Positions 17,433 to 26,293 of a stretch of 33,260 nt of DNA are shown piece by piece. Origin of the DNA: Polyangiales bacterium. GTDB taxonomy: Bacteria > Myxococcota_A > Polyangia > Polyangiales > Polyangiaceae. The notes beneath the pieces are model-generated. The model worked only from the letters and a program-made list of their open reading frames with translations. It was not told the DNA's origin and made no database searches. The number at the start of each line of letters is the position of its first letter. Positions within the stretch are counted from its first letter, which is position 1. A program made the position numbers and the translations under genes. The stretch lies in NCBI GenBank assembly GCA_038230375.1, contig JBBRNJ010000089.1:1-33260 (forward strand). Direction: 5' to 3'.

Positions 17433-17896
17433 CGCTTGCGCATGCGCGGATCGAAGGCGAAGGGACGCGGTAGCCCGAGCTTGATCTTCGCGAAGTCCGG
17501 ATGCGTGGGATTGAAGAGGACGTTCTCTTCCTCGGGGACGATCGCCGACGGCACGAAGAGCGCGACGGTCTGACCGCGCTGCACCCAGGTGGTGCCGATG
17601 TCCTTCAGCACGTCGGGCCCGACGCTCTCGCGCCACGATTTCGGGAGCTTGTTCGGGGTGAGGCGCTCGACCTTCACCTTGTCCGGGATGTCGGCGGGGA
17701 TGCTCATCAGATCGTCCGGGAGCTCGCTCGGGTCGACGTGGACGAACACCTCGAGCGCCGCCAGCGCGAGTGAGGACGCGCAGTACACGACGGCGCTGCC
17801 CTTGTGGTTCCAGCGTCCGCCATACAGCCGCGCGCCCTCGCCCGTGAAGGCGCCCTTCACGTGCTGCTTCTTGCAGATGCGCCAGACCCGCGGCAT
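17429..17896 (-). CDS. RES-domain toxin (ParT/MbcT-like NAD+-consuming family)
   Basis: VWRI, GEGARLYGGRWN, YCASSLALAALE, VPSAIVP, NVLFNPTHPDF, FDPR. Confidence 0.92.
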   Translation of the reverse strand: MPRVWRICKKQHVKGAFTGEGARLYGGRWNHKGSAVVYCASSLALAALEVFVHVDPSELPDDLMSIPADIPDKVKVERLTPNKLPKSWRESVGPDVLKDIGTTWVQRGQTVALFVPSAIVPEEENVLFNPTHPDFAKIKLGLPRPFAFDPRMRKR

Positions 17897-18151
17897 TCCG
17901 CGCGCACCTTACAGCATCTAATTCTACAGCGGGAAGTCGCGACCCAGTTCTCGATTCAGTTCGGGCTTGCCCGCGGCAGCGAGACAAACAGCGGCGGGGC
18001 CGCAGTCAGGCCCCTTGAAGAGAGCGAGTGACGCTTTGCGCCCTTCGCTCTCTGCCACCAATGGTCCCCGGTCACGCCGGGTATTGTCCCGTTGCCACGG
18101 CGCGGCTGCGACGCAGATTCGACCCTGGGAAGCTGACCTCTCACAGCAGCG

Positions 18152-18589
18152 TTAACCGACGATGCCGTGCTCGATACGACCGAGCACGTCGTCCACGGCC
18201 TGCGCCCCGAGGTCCGTGTCCATCATCGTGATGGGCGCGACGTCGCGCAGCGCACGGTTCTCCTTCTTGAGCCACGCGCGCGCCTTGTCCACGGTGCCGA
18301 GGACGGCCGTGGCACGGGCGATGGCCTTGGCCACGCGCAGCACACGCTCCGACTCCTGAGGGTCGAGCTGCCCCGCGAGCTTGCGACGCGCGAGCGTGCG
18401 AGGAGCCATCCCCACGACGGGAGCCGCGGCCTCGAGCGAGAGCCCGAGTTTGTCCGCCACGGACGAGAGCCACGCGAACGGCGCGCCCTTGCGAACGACC
18501 GCGACGAGGTCCATCGGCGAAGCGATGGCCTCCTTGAAGGCCTTGTCTCCTCCGAGGACGGCGACGATGTTGCGGGCCAGGACGGTCAT
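18152..18589 (-). CDS. Antitoxin Xre/MbcA/ParS family (HTH + DUF2384)
   Basis: VLGG, VRKG, RTLARRK, ESERVLR, ARAWLKKENRAL..P, LGRIEHG; ATG at 18589 (alternative 18601). Confidence 0.9.
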   Translation of the reverse strand: MTVLARNIVAVLGGDKAFKEAIASPMDLVAVVRKGAPFAWLSSVADKLGLSLEAAAPVVGMAPRTLARRKLAGQLDPQESERVLRVAKAIARATAVLGTVDKARAWLKKENRALRDVAPITMMDTDLGAQAVDDVLGRIEHGIVG

Positions 18590-18623
18590 GCCATATGGCA
18601 TAGCACAGGGTGCCACTTGGCGC
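18588..18623. promoter_or_regulatory. Two operator-like palindromes (TGCCA-NN-TGGCR) at the antitoxin start
   Basis: ATGCCATATGGCAT (18588-18601, perfect) and GTGCCACTTGGCGC (18610-18623, imperfect). Confidence 0.65.
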
Positions 18624-18628
18624 CACGC

Positions 18629-18677
18629 AGGCGTCAGAGGCGTCAGAGGCGTCAGAGGCGTCAGAGGCGTCAGAGGC
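18629..18677. repeat. 9-bp tandem repeat (AGGCGTCAG) x5.4 containing the apbE stop codon
   Basis: Exact copies at 18629, 18638, 18647, 18656 and 18665. Confidence 0.92.
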
Positions 18678-19863
18678 CGGGGGTGGGAGCCTTCACGATC
18701 GTGAGATCGGATTTGATGCGGTCGCTCACCCACACGTTGTTGCTCTTGTCGATGATCACGGCGCCGACTCCGTCCAGGGACTCGACCAGCTTCATGCCTT
18801 TTTCTGGGCCCAGGATGAAGACGGCGTCGTCGATGGCGTCGGCGATGAGGGCGGTCTTGGCCCAGATGGTGACGCTTCGCGAAGCCGTGGCGGGCTTGCC
18901 CGTACGTGGGTCGATGATGTGGTGATAGCGCTTGTTGTCGACGATGTAGCTTCGCTCGTAGTCCCCCGCGGTGCTGAAGGCGTGATCGGCGAGGCCGAGC
19001 AGCGCGAAGTAACTTCCATCGGGGCCGCGCGGATCGCGGACGCCGGCGGACCATGGCTTGCCGTCGGGCTTCAGGCCGCGCGCGAACAGATCGCCGCCGG
19101 CCTGCACGTAGAAGGAGCGGAGGCCGGCCTTGTCCAGGATGGCCACGGCGCGGTCCACGCCGTATCCCTTCGCGATGCCGCCAAGGCTCATCTTCGTGCC
19201 GGCGGTCTGCAGCATGATGCTGGGGACGGCAGGGTCCAGCTTGATCTTCTTGTAACCCACGAACGGCAGCAGCTTGGCGATGTCCGCGTCGGAGGGGGGA
19301 TGCGGATCCAGATCCTGATCGAACTTCCACAGGCCGTGCAAGGTCTCGAACGTGATGTCGAACGTGCCCTCGGAGATGTCGCTCGTGTGGATGGCCTCCT
19401 TCACGACGTCGAACGTCTCCTGACTGACCTTGATGGCCTCCTTGCCCGCGGCCGCGTTGACGCGCGAGAGCTCGCTGTCTGGGCGCCACGTCGTCATCAG
19501 GTTCTCGACGCGCTTGATCTCCTCGATCGCCTCGGCGAAGAGCGCGCGCACCCGCGGACCGTCGAGCCCAGCCTGCGTGTAGCCCGCGAAGCCCAGGTGC
19601 GTGCCCATCGCTCTTCCCTCGAGCCACACCTTCTCGCTCGGGGAGAGCGACACCGTGCGTGGCCCGCCCGGGCTTGCGGGCTCCGCGGCGGACGCAGCGA
19701 CCGACGGAACGGTGGCTGGGGGAGACGTGGAGGATGTGGAGGACGTGGCGCGCATCGCCTCCGTGCCTTGCACGGGCTGCGGCGTCAGCGATGTCTCGCG
19801 ATCATGACACGCCGTGGCGGCGATCAAGAAGAGGAGGCCTGCGGCGGGGACGACGCGCTTCAC
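18670..19863 (-). CDS. apbE: FAD:protein FMN transferase (ApbE), lipoprotein
   Basis: Lipobox ATAC; AMGT, DSELSRVN, GTFDIT, LGGIAKGYGVD, AGGD, STAGDYER, YHHIIDPRTG. Confidence 0.93.
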   Translation of the reverse strand: MKRVVPAAGLLFLIAATACHDRETSLTPQPVQGTEAMRATSSTSSTSPPATVPSVAASAAEPASPGGPRTVSLSPSEKVWLEGRAMGTHLGFAGYTQAGLDGPRVRALFAEAIEEIKRVENLMTTWRPDSELSRVNAAAGKEAIKVSQETFDVVKEAIHTSDISEGTFDITFETLHGLWKFDQDLDPHPPSDADIAKLLPFVGYKKIKLDPAVPSIMLQTAGTKMSLGGIAKGYGVDRAVAILDKAGLRSFYVQAGGDLFARGLKPDGKPWSAGVRDPRGPDGSYFALLGLADHAFSTAGDYERSYIVDNKRYHHIIDPRTGKPATASRSVTIWAKTALIADAIDDAVFILGPEKGMKLVESLDGVGAVIIDKSNNVWVSDRIKSDLTIVKAPTPGL

Positions 19864-19948
19864 GCCCCCTTACTTAGCGGAGGAGCGGCGCCCATGTCGA
19901 CCGGTCGGCGTTGACACCGCATCGATCAGGTACCAAAGAGTACCGCCC

Positions 19949-21133
19949 ATGCTCGACGAGAAGGTCATTCGCACGCTGGACGCCGCGGTCGACGCCGAGA
20001 AGGACGCCCTTGGCAAGCTCTCCACGAGCATCCACCAGAACCCCGAGCTCCGCTTCGAAGAGGTGAAGGCAGCAGGCTGGATCTGCGAGCTGCTCGCCGC
20101 GCGAGGCATGACCGTCACGCGTGGCGTTGCCGGCATGCCCACCGCGTTCATCGCGCGGGCCGGAAAATCGGGCGGCGCGCGCATCGGCATCCTCGCGGAG
20201 TACGACGCGCTCCCGCAGATCGGGCACGCGTGTGGGCACAACCTGATCGCGACGGCAGGCGTGGGCGCGTTCCTGGCTGCGTCGAAGGTCGCCGAGAGCC
20301 TGGGCGGTGAGGTGGTGCTCTTCGGCACGCCTGCGGAAGAGGGCGGCGGCGGCAAGGTGAAGATGATCGACGCCGGGCTGTTCGAGGGCATCGACGCCGC
20401 GATGATGTTCCACCCGTTCGATCGCGATGTGCTCGCACATCCCGCGCTAGCGAACACCTGGGTCACGTTCACGTTCGGTGGCGCGGCGGCGCACGCGGCG
20501 ATCGCACCACAAGACGGCAAGAGCGCGCTGACTGCCTGCATGGACACGTTCCGTCTGATCGACGGGCAGCGCGTGCATTTTCTCGATGGCGTGCGCGTGC
20601 ACGGCTTCATCGTGAACGGCGGGCAGGCGGTGAACATCATCGCGGAGACCGCCGCGTGCGAGTTCTCCGTGCGCGCGCGCACCACCGGCGAGCTGACCCG
20701 CGTCCGCGCGATCGTGGAGCGCTGCGCCCGCGCCGCCGCCATGGCGAGCGATGTCACCATCACGATCTCCGAGCGTCGCGGCTACAAGGACATGCGGAAC
20801 AACATGGCGCTCGCGCGTGCATTCGGGCAGCACATGTCTGCGCTCGGACGCCCTCCGCGCGAGACGGACGGCCGCGTGGGCGCGGGCTCCACGGACATGG
20901 GCGACGTGTCACACGTGGTCCCCAGCATCCACCCGTGGCTCGCGATCGTGGACGAGAACGTGGCGCTCTGTCACCAACACAAGTTCGCAGACGCCGCCGG
21001 CAGCGCGCGCGGCATCGACACGGCGCTCGTTGCCGCGAAGGCCATGGCGCGCACCGCGAGCGAGCTCCTGGTGAACGGTGAGCTCCTCGCCCGCGTGAAG
21101 CGTGAGTGGCTCGAGGATCGCGCGGCCAGCTAG
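19949..21133 (+). CDS. M20 family amidohydrolase (ACY1L2/AbgB-like)
   Basis: NPELRFEE, EYDALP.IGHACGHN, GTPAEEGGGGK, GSTDMGDVS. Confidence 0.92.
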   Translation: MLDEKVIRTLDAAVDAEKDALGKLSTSIHQNPELRFEEVKAAGWICELLAARGMTVTRGVAGMPTAFIARAGKSGGARIGILAEYDALPQIGHACGHNLIATAGVGAFLAASKVAESLGGEVVLFGTPAEEGGGGKVKMIDAGLFEGIDAAMMFHPFDRDVLAHPALANTWVTFTFGGAAAHAAIAPQDGKSALTACMDTFRLIDGQRVHFLDGVRVHGFIVNGGQAVNIIAETAACEFSVRARTTGELTRVRAIVERCARAAAMASDVTITISERRGYKDMRNNMALARAFGQHMSALGRPPRETDGRVGAGSTDMGDVSHVVPSIHPWLAIVDENVALCHQHKFADAAGSARGIDTALVAAKAMARTASELLVNGELLARVKREWLEDRAAS

Positions 21134-22000
21134 ATGAAGCCGCGCGCCAACGTCACGAAGGTCTCCGGCGTGGACGTGCACTGGGTGGAGCAGGGCAAGG
21201 GGCCCGCCGTTGTGCTCATCCACGGTCTCCTCGACTGGCATCGCGCGTGGGATCCGATCGTGCCGCGCCTGGTCGCGCGCGGCTTCCGCGTGCTCGCGCT
21301 CGATCTACCTGGTCACGGTCTCTCGGGCCGCACGGACGTCCCTTACACGCTCGAGTGGAACGCGCGCCTCGTGGGCAGCTGGCTGGATGTAGCGAACGTC
21401 GACCATGCGAACTTCGTCGGGCACTCGTACGGCGGTGGCGTCGCGCAGATGCTCATCCTCACGCACGCGGCGCGCATGGATCGGCTCGCGCTCGTGGCAC
21501 CCGGCGGCTTCGGTCGCGAGGTCACCATGGCGGTGCGGCTTGCGGCGCTTCCGTTCCTGGTCGAGCGCCTTGGCCAGCCGTGGCTCACCGTGATCACGCG
21601 CGCCACGGGTCCGCTCGGTGGTCGGCTCGCCCTGGACGCAGAGGAGCGTCGCTGGGTCGCGCAGCGTCCGGGCACCGCGCGCGCGCTTCATCGCACCGTG
21701 AGGGACGTGATCGGCATGAGCGGACAGGTGCGGCATTTCATGGACCGCGCGCTGGAGGCGCCGCATGTCCCGCCGGTCGCGGTCTACTGGGGCGACAAGG
21801 ATCGCGTCATCCCGTTCTCGCAGGCCAAGCACCTCCCCACATACTTGCAGGGTGCACGCATCTTCCGGTTCGCAGGCGCCGGTCACTATCCGCATCACGA
21901 TCATCCGGAGGCCGTCACCACGGACCTCGTCGCGTTCTTCCGCGACGAACACGCGGAGCCAGTGAGCGTGCGCCGCCCGCTCAGCGCTGCCCCGCCGTGA
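21134..22000 (+). CDS. Alpha/beta fold hydrolase
   Basis: LIHG, DLPGHGLS, GHSYGG nucleophile elbow, WGDKDRVIP, GHYPH. Confidence 0.92.
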   Translation: MKPRANVTKVSGVDVHWVEQGKGPAVVLIHGLLDWHRAWDPIVPRLVARGFRVLALDLPGHGLSGRTDVPYTLEWNARLVGSWLDVANVDHANFVGHSYGGGVAQMLILTHAARMDRLALVAPGGFGREVTMAVRLAALPFLVERLGQPWLTVITRATGPLGGRLALDAEERRWVAQRPGTARALHRTVRDVIGMSGQVRHFMDRALEAPHVPPVAVYWGDKDRVIPFSQAKHLPTYLQGARIFRFAGAGHYPHHDHPEAVTTDLVAFFRDEHAEPVSVRRPLSAAPP

Positions 22001-22027
22001 CCGCCTGACCCGGGCGCTTCGCGCTTG

Positions 22028-22660
22028 CTAGGACGCGATCTTCGAGAGGCGCGTGATCGTCTTCTTGCGCAGCGCGGCAGTCGCTTCCAGCGTGCGCGTG
22101 AGGCCGTCGTGATCCTTCACCGCGGGCAGGCGCTCGTACTCGCCGTTCCACAGCTCCAGCATCACGCCCTGATCGTCCAGGACGATGCGGTCGATCTGCG
22201 CCCACATCAGCTTCCGCACCTTGGGCAGCCCCATGGGCAGCATGGTGCGCAGCTCCACGCCGTCTTGCGAGACGATGACGCCCCGCAGGTGCGCGCGCAG
22301 GACCGTGCCGATCGCGCAGAAGGAGATGAACCATGCCAGTGGCTGCGCGCCGACCTGACGGTGACGATCACCTTCCACCACCCACACGAAGAGCGGCGAG
22401 TTGGAGGAGCCCGCATAGGCGATCGCGACGACCGCCGCGAACGCGAGCGCCAGGGCGAGAAAAATATACGACGGCACGGTGTGCCGCAGCGGCGGGCCGA
22501 ATGCGCGGCGCTCGCCCACCTTGGGGCTGTACGCCATCTCGAAGCGCGCCACGGTGCCGTGAACATCCGTGATGGACGGGCGTTCGGTGTCGTCCGCGGT
22601 CTCGACCATGCCGGGAAGCTCAGGCTCTTTTTGGTCGTTGGGCTCGGTCACGGCGTTCAT
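22028..22660 (-). CDS. Hypothetical membrane protein (2 TM + bacterial PH-like C-terminus)
   Basis: Two hydrophobic helices, then GVIVSQDGVE...WAQIDRIV; start uncertain. Confidence 0.68.
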   Translation of the reverse strand: MNAVTEPNDQKEPELPGMVETADDTERPSITDVHGTVARFEMAYSPKVGERRAFGPPLRHTVPSYIFLALALAFAAVVAIAYAGSSNSPLFVWVVEGDRHRQVGAQPLAWFISFCAIGTVLRAHLRGVIVSQDGVELRTMLPMGLPKVRKLMWAQIDRIVLDDQGVMLELWNGEYERLPAVKDHDGLTRTLEATAALRKKTITRLSKIAS

Positions 22661-22714
22661 GCGTTGTGGGACACGCATGCGTGCGTGCCCTTGGGGGGAT
22701 GGATCAGGAAAAGT

Positions 22715-24082
22715 TCAGGAGTCTTCTGCTTCTTCTTCCCGTCGGTATTCTCGTGTGTGTGCGATCTCGCTCTTCGACGGATTGATCACGAAGAGCCCGT
22801 GATCCGCGTCCAGCAAGGCCACGTCTCCGTCGGAGGCCCAGCGGAAGAGGCCCTTCACGTCCACCACCGCGGGCACGTCGAAGAGCCGAAGCAGGCTGTG
22901 CGTGCGCGGACCATGCGCGCGCTCGGAGAGTGCGATGCCCACGGGCTGCGCGCGAGCAGACACGAGCAGGTCGAACACGGTGAGCGCATCGCCCACGAGG
23001 ACGGCCTTGGTCGGGAGCTCTGCGCGCTTGTCCGCGGCGGCCAGCATGGTGAGCGCATCGCAGAGGTCCTCGATGTCCTTCGCGCGCTCGTCCAGGAATG
23101 CGTCCTTCGTGAACGACGCAGCGGTGCGGGTGACCTCGCGGGCCACGCGAGAGAGCGCCTGCGCGATGCCACTGCCTTCGCGAATGAGCTCCACGGTGCG
23201 CTCGCGAAAACGCGCGTCCTCCAGGATCTGCACGTAGGTCTCGAGGAACGCAGCGTCCCTGAGGTGAAGTGAGCGCGCGCGATCGCGCAGGCCCACGAGT
23301 GCCTTCTCTGCGACGTCCACGGCGCCACGGAGCATCTTCACGTCGTCCTTGGCGCGCGCCTCTTCACTGCCGTCAACGCGGATGCGCTCGCTCTGTCGTG
23401 CGGCGGGACGACGCAGCGCCGCCACCGCACCGAGCGCACGCCCCATGACCAGCGGCCTTCCAGGAAGCGTGACGCGCCGGGTGCCGCCGCCAGCTTTTCG
23501 GGGACCGCGCTCGCGCTGGGCGTCGATGAGCTCCGCCTGGCGAACCGCGCCGCCGATCACGGCGCCCATCATCGTCAGGAGCTCGATGTCGCGAGCCTCG
23601 AAGGCCGGCTTGCGTCGCTGCACGACAAGCGCCCCGAGCGCGCCAGATTTTCCGCGCAACGGAACGGCCAGGAACACAGGGAAGCGCTCCTCGCCGAGCT
23701 CGTCAAAATGCTTGTAGAATGCATGCTTTGGCGCGGTGGCGCTGGAGACGGGCCGCATGTACTCGACGGCGGCGCCGGTGATGCCCTCACCGATCGCGAG
23801 GCGGACCTGACCCACGGCCGTGGGCGAGAAGCCCACGTTGCCGCGCATGACCAGCACGTTGCCCTCGCCCTCGAGCAGGTAGAGCGAGCACACGTCCGCG
23901 CCAAGGATGAGCGCAATCCTCCGCGGAGCCTCGTCGAGCAAGGAGCCGATGGGCATGGGCTTCGCCGCAAAGGCGACGAAATCGAGGACGCCATCGAGCC
24001 GCTTGTCTCCGGGGGCGTGGACCCTGGGGCTGGCGCGCCTGTGCGCTTCGTGATCCCCCCTGGAGGATTCGGGCTTTGCCAT
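22715..24082 (-). CDS. GAF + PEP-utiliser N-terminal/mobile domain protein (truncated PtsP/EI-Ntr-like)
   Basis: GAF motifs ADVCSLYL, GEGITG, FLAVP and LGALVVQ; helical EI-N domain with ERAKDIEDL; mobile domain LDADHGLFVINP; ends before the PEP-binding barrel. Confidence 0.82.
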   Translation of the reverse strand: MAKPESSRGDHEAHRRASPRVHAPGDKRLDGVLDFVAFAAKPMPIGSLLDEAPRRIALILGADVCSLYLLEGEGNVLVMRGNVGFSPTAVGQVRLAIGEGITGAAVEYMRPVSSATAPKHAFYKHFDELGEERFPVFLAVPLRGKSGALGALVVQRRKPAFEARDIELLTMMGAVIGGAVRQAELIDAQRERGPRKAGGGTRRVTLPGRPLVMGRALGAVAALRRPAARQSERIRVDGSEEARAKDDVKMLRGAVDVAEKALVGLRDRARSLHLRDAAFLETYVQILEDARFRERTVELIREGSGIAQALSRVAREVTRTAASFTKDAFLDERAKDIEDLCDALTMLAAADKRAELPTKAVLVGDALTVFDLLVSARAQPVGIALSERAHGPRTHSLLRLFDVPAVVDVKGLFRWASDGDVALLDADHGLFVINPSKSEIAHTREYRREEEAEDS

Positions 24083-24150
24083 GACGAACGGCGCCGACAC
24101 TAGCACCTGTCCCGATTGATGTCGTGCGAAGGCCGGACTATAGGGCGGCC

Positions 24151-24579
24151 ATGGCATTGGACTTCCCGTCTTCCGAGTGGGTCGCTGCGTACAAGGACGC
24201 CATCAACGGCAACGCTGCCTTCAAGGCCGCCCACAAGGACTGGACGCACGGCGCGGTGGCGATGGTGGTGAAGGCCGACCCGGCGCTCGGCCTCACCGAG
24301 GACCAGGGGATGCTCCTGGACGTGAACCAGGGAGAGTGCCGCAACGCGAAGCTCCTGCCTGCGTCGAACCCTGAAATTCAAGGGGCGCCGTTCATCATCG
24401 TGGCCCCGTATTCCACGTGGCGGATCGTCATGGAGGGGCAGCTGGATCCCACCAAGGCGATGATGCAGAACAAGCTGAAACTCACCAAGGGCCACATGCC
24501 CACGATGGTGAAGTTCGTGACGGCCTCGAAGGAGCTCGTTGCCTCCTCCACACGCGTCGAAACGTCGTTTCGACAATGA
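24151..24579 (+). CDS. SCP2 sterol/lipid-binding domain protein
   Basis: FPSSEW, INGN, W...GQLDPTKAMMQNKLKL.G. Confidence 0.85.
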   Translation: MALDFPSSEWVAAYKDAINGNAAFKAAHKDWTHGAVAMVVKADPALGLTEDQGMLLDVNQGECRNAKLLPASNPEIQGAPFIIVAPYSTWRIVMEGQLDPTKAMMQNKLKLTKGHMPTMVKFVTASKELVASSTRVETSFRQ

Positions 24580-24626
24580 ACGCTTGACCCTGCGGGCAGG
24601 ACTCACCGAAACTTCGGCCCATACAC

Positions 24627-25436
24627 ATGGCCGAACACAGCCCGCTGGTCCTGGTTGCCGATGATGAGCCCTCGATGCTCGAGCTCGTCGCGCGACACCT
24701 GAAGACGATGCACAACCCCAAGCTCGAGGTCATCCAGGCCTCGGACGGCGAAGAGGCGTGGCGTCTCGCGCGCGAGCACCTGCCCGATCTCGTCGTGCTC
24801 GACGTGATGATGCCGGGCATGAGCGGCTGGGAAGTGTGCCGCAAGATCCGCGAGGACGTGGCGCTCGCGCACACGGGCGTCGTGATGCTCACGGGCATCG
24901 GCGAGAACCTGAACCAGCTGACGAGCCCGCTCTACGGCGCGGATGCGTACATCGACAAGCCGTTCGAGTTCGGCGATCTGGACGTGAAGGTCCGCGCGAC
25001 CCTCGACGCAAGGAAGAGCGCGCGCGAAGGCGTGAGCCGCCCGAAGATCAACGGCACCACCGGCGCCGCGAAGCCCGCCAAGGTGACGTACGACGACGAC
25101 CCGCCGACGAGCATGATGCCCGACAGCACGCGCCCGAAGCCCGCGCGCAAGGCCCCCGCAAAGAAGGCAGCACCTGCGAAGGCAACGCCTGCGAAGGCAG
25201 CGCCGGCGATGGCTGCGCCTGCGATGGCTGCGCCGAAGAAGGCTGCGCCGAAGAAGGCTGCGCCGAAGAAGGCTGCACCGAAGAAGGCCGCGCCGAAGAA
25301 GGCCACGCCGAAGAAGGCCGCGCCGAAGAAGGCCACGCCGAAGAAGGCCGCGCCGAAGAAGAAGGCCGCGCCGAAGAAGAAGGCCGCGCCGAAGAAGAAG
25401 GCCGCGCCGAAGAAGAAGGCCGCGAAGAAGCGCTAG
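24627..25436 (+). CDS. Response regulator: receiver domain + histone H1-like Lys/Ala/Pro tail
   Basis: LVADD, PDLVVLDVMMP, MLT, YIDKPF; C-terminal (K)KAAPK repeats. Confidence 0.88.
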   Translation: MAEHSPLVLVADDEPSMLELVARHLKTMHNPKLEVIQASDGEEAWRLAREHLPDLVVLDVMMPGMSGWEVCRKIREDVALAHTGVVMLTGIGENLNQLTSPLYGADAYIDKPFEFGDLDVKVRATLDARKSAREGVSRPKINGTTGAAKPAKVTYDDDPPTSMMPDSTRPKPARKAPAKKAAPAKATPAKAAPAMAAPAMAAPKKAAPKKAAPKKAAPKKAAPKKATPKKAAPKKATPKKAAPKKKAAPKKKAAPKKKAAPKKKAAKKR

Positions 25437-25441
25437 TCTCG

Positions 25442-25507
25442 GAGGTCGAGGTCGAGGTCGAAGTCGAGGTCGAAGTCGAGGTCGAAGTCGAGGTCGAAGT
25501 CGAGGTC
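25442..25507. repeat. Hexamer microsatellite (GARGTC) x11, intergenic
   Basis: GAGGTC/GAAGTC units, degenerating until about 25546. Confidence 0.9.
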
Positions 25508-25534
25508 GGTCGAAGTCATCGTCGAAGTCTTGAA

Positions 25535-25571
25535 GTCGAGGTTGATGTTCATGTCGACCTCGACGCGTTTT
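25535..25571 (+). terminator. Putative terminator built from the hexamer repeat
   Basis: GTCGAGGTTGAT/GTCGACCTCGAC 12-bp stem (two G-U pairs), followed by GCGTTTT. Confidence 0.5.
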
Positions 25572-25594
25572 GTCCCCACCAAATCGGGAGCTCC

Positions 25595-26293
25595 GTGAAC
25601 AAGTCCGCACTCGTCACCACCACAGTCCTCGCCCTCTTGCCCTTCGTTCTCGCTGGCTGTCCCAAGAAGTCCGGCGACACCTCCGACGCGTCGGACGAAG
25701 CGGCTGTGGCGACCGAAGAGGTCGTCCCGTCCGCCGCGCCCAGCGCGAGCGCGCATGTCGACGTGAAGGTGGGCTGCAAGACCGGCGACACGCTGGTCAA
25801 GGTCAAGGGCGTGCACGGCGTCGAGGGCCAGTGCCACCACGTCTGCAAGGCCGACACCGAATGCCCGAAGGAACATTCGCTCTGCCTCGGCAAGACCGTG
25901 GTCGAGGGCCAGTACTATTGCGAGTCGCTCAAGGAGTCGCAGCCCAAGTGCAAGCCGAACGAGAAGCTCGGCATGTACATGGCCATGATGGGATCGTGCG
26001 TGACCGTATGCAAGACCGACGCGGACTGCAAAGCTCCGTCGAAGTGCGATACCACCACGGACTACTGGGACGCGGACAACGGCGCCAATCACTTCCGCGG
26101 CTGCACGATCGTGGCTGCGCCGCCCACGCCCAGCGCCACGCCCGGCGCCGCTCCAAGCGCGGCTGCAGGCGGCAAGCTCGTCGCGCCGCCCGATCAGCCG
26201 TTCACGTTCCCGAACCCGAAGCACCTGCCTTGCCCCACCCCGTACGTCCTCTCCGGCGACAACTGCCAGATGAGCTCGCGACCGGGTCAGTGA
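25595..26293 (+). CDS. Cys-rich repeat lipoprotein
   Basis: GGGAG RBS, GTG start, lipobox LAGC; two C..C...CKxDxxC...C modules and a partial third. Confidence 0.78.
   Translation: MNKSALVTTTVLALLPFVLAGCPKKSGDTSDASDEAAVATEEVVPSAAPSASAHVDVKVGCKTGDTLVKVKGVHGVEGQCHHVCKADTECPKEHSLCLGKTVVEGQYYCESLKESQPKCKPNEKLGMYMAMMGSCVTVCKTDADCKAPSKCDTTTDYWDADNGANHFRGCTIVAAPPTPSATPGAAPSAAAGGKLVAPPDQPFTFPNPKHLPCPTPYVLSGDNCQMSSRPGQ

Noticed and set aside
18152..19627. 491-aa ORF suggesting a long antitoxin fusion
   Set aside because: The N-terminal part is an alternate frame of apbE joined through the 9-bp repeat; the real antitoxin starts near 18589
19911..19941. TTGACA upstream of the M20 gene as a promoter
   Set aside because: No acceptable -10 at 16-18 bp spacing
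25140..25510. Repeat region as a CRISPR array
   Set aside because: Contiguous short tandem units without unique spacers; no cas genes
24758..26293. 511-aa ORF with EEGRA and VEVE repeats
   Set aside because: Off-frame reading of the H1-like tail and microsatellite; the lipoprotein has its own RBS and signal at 25595
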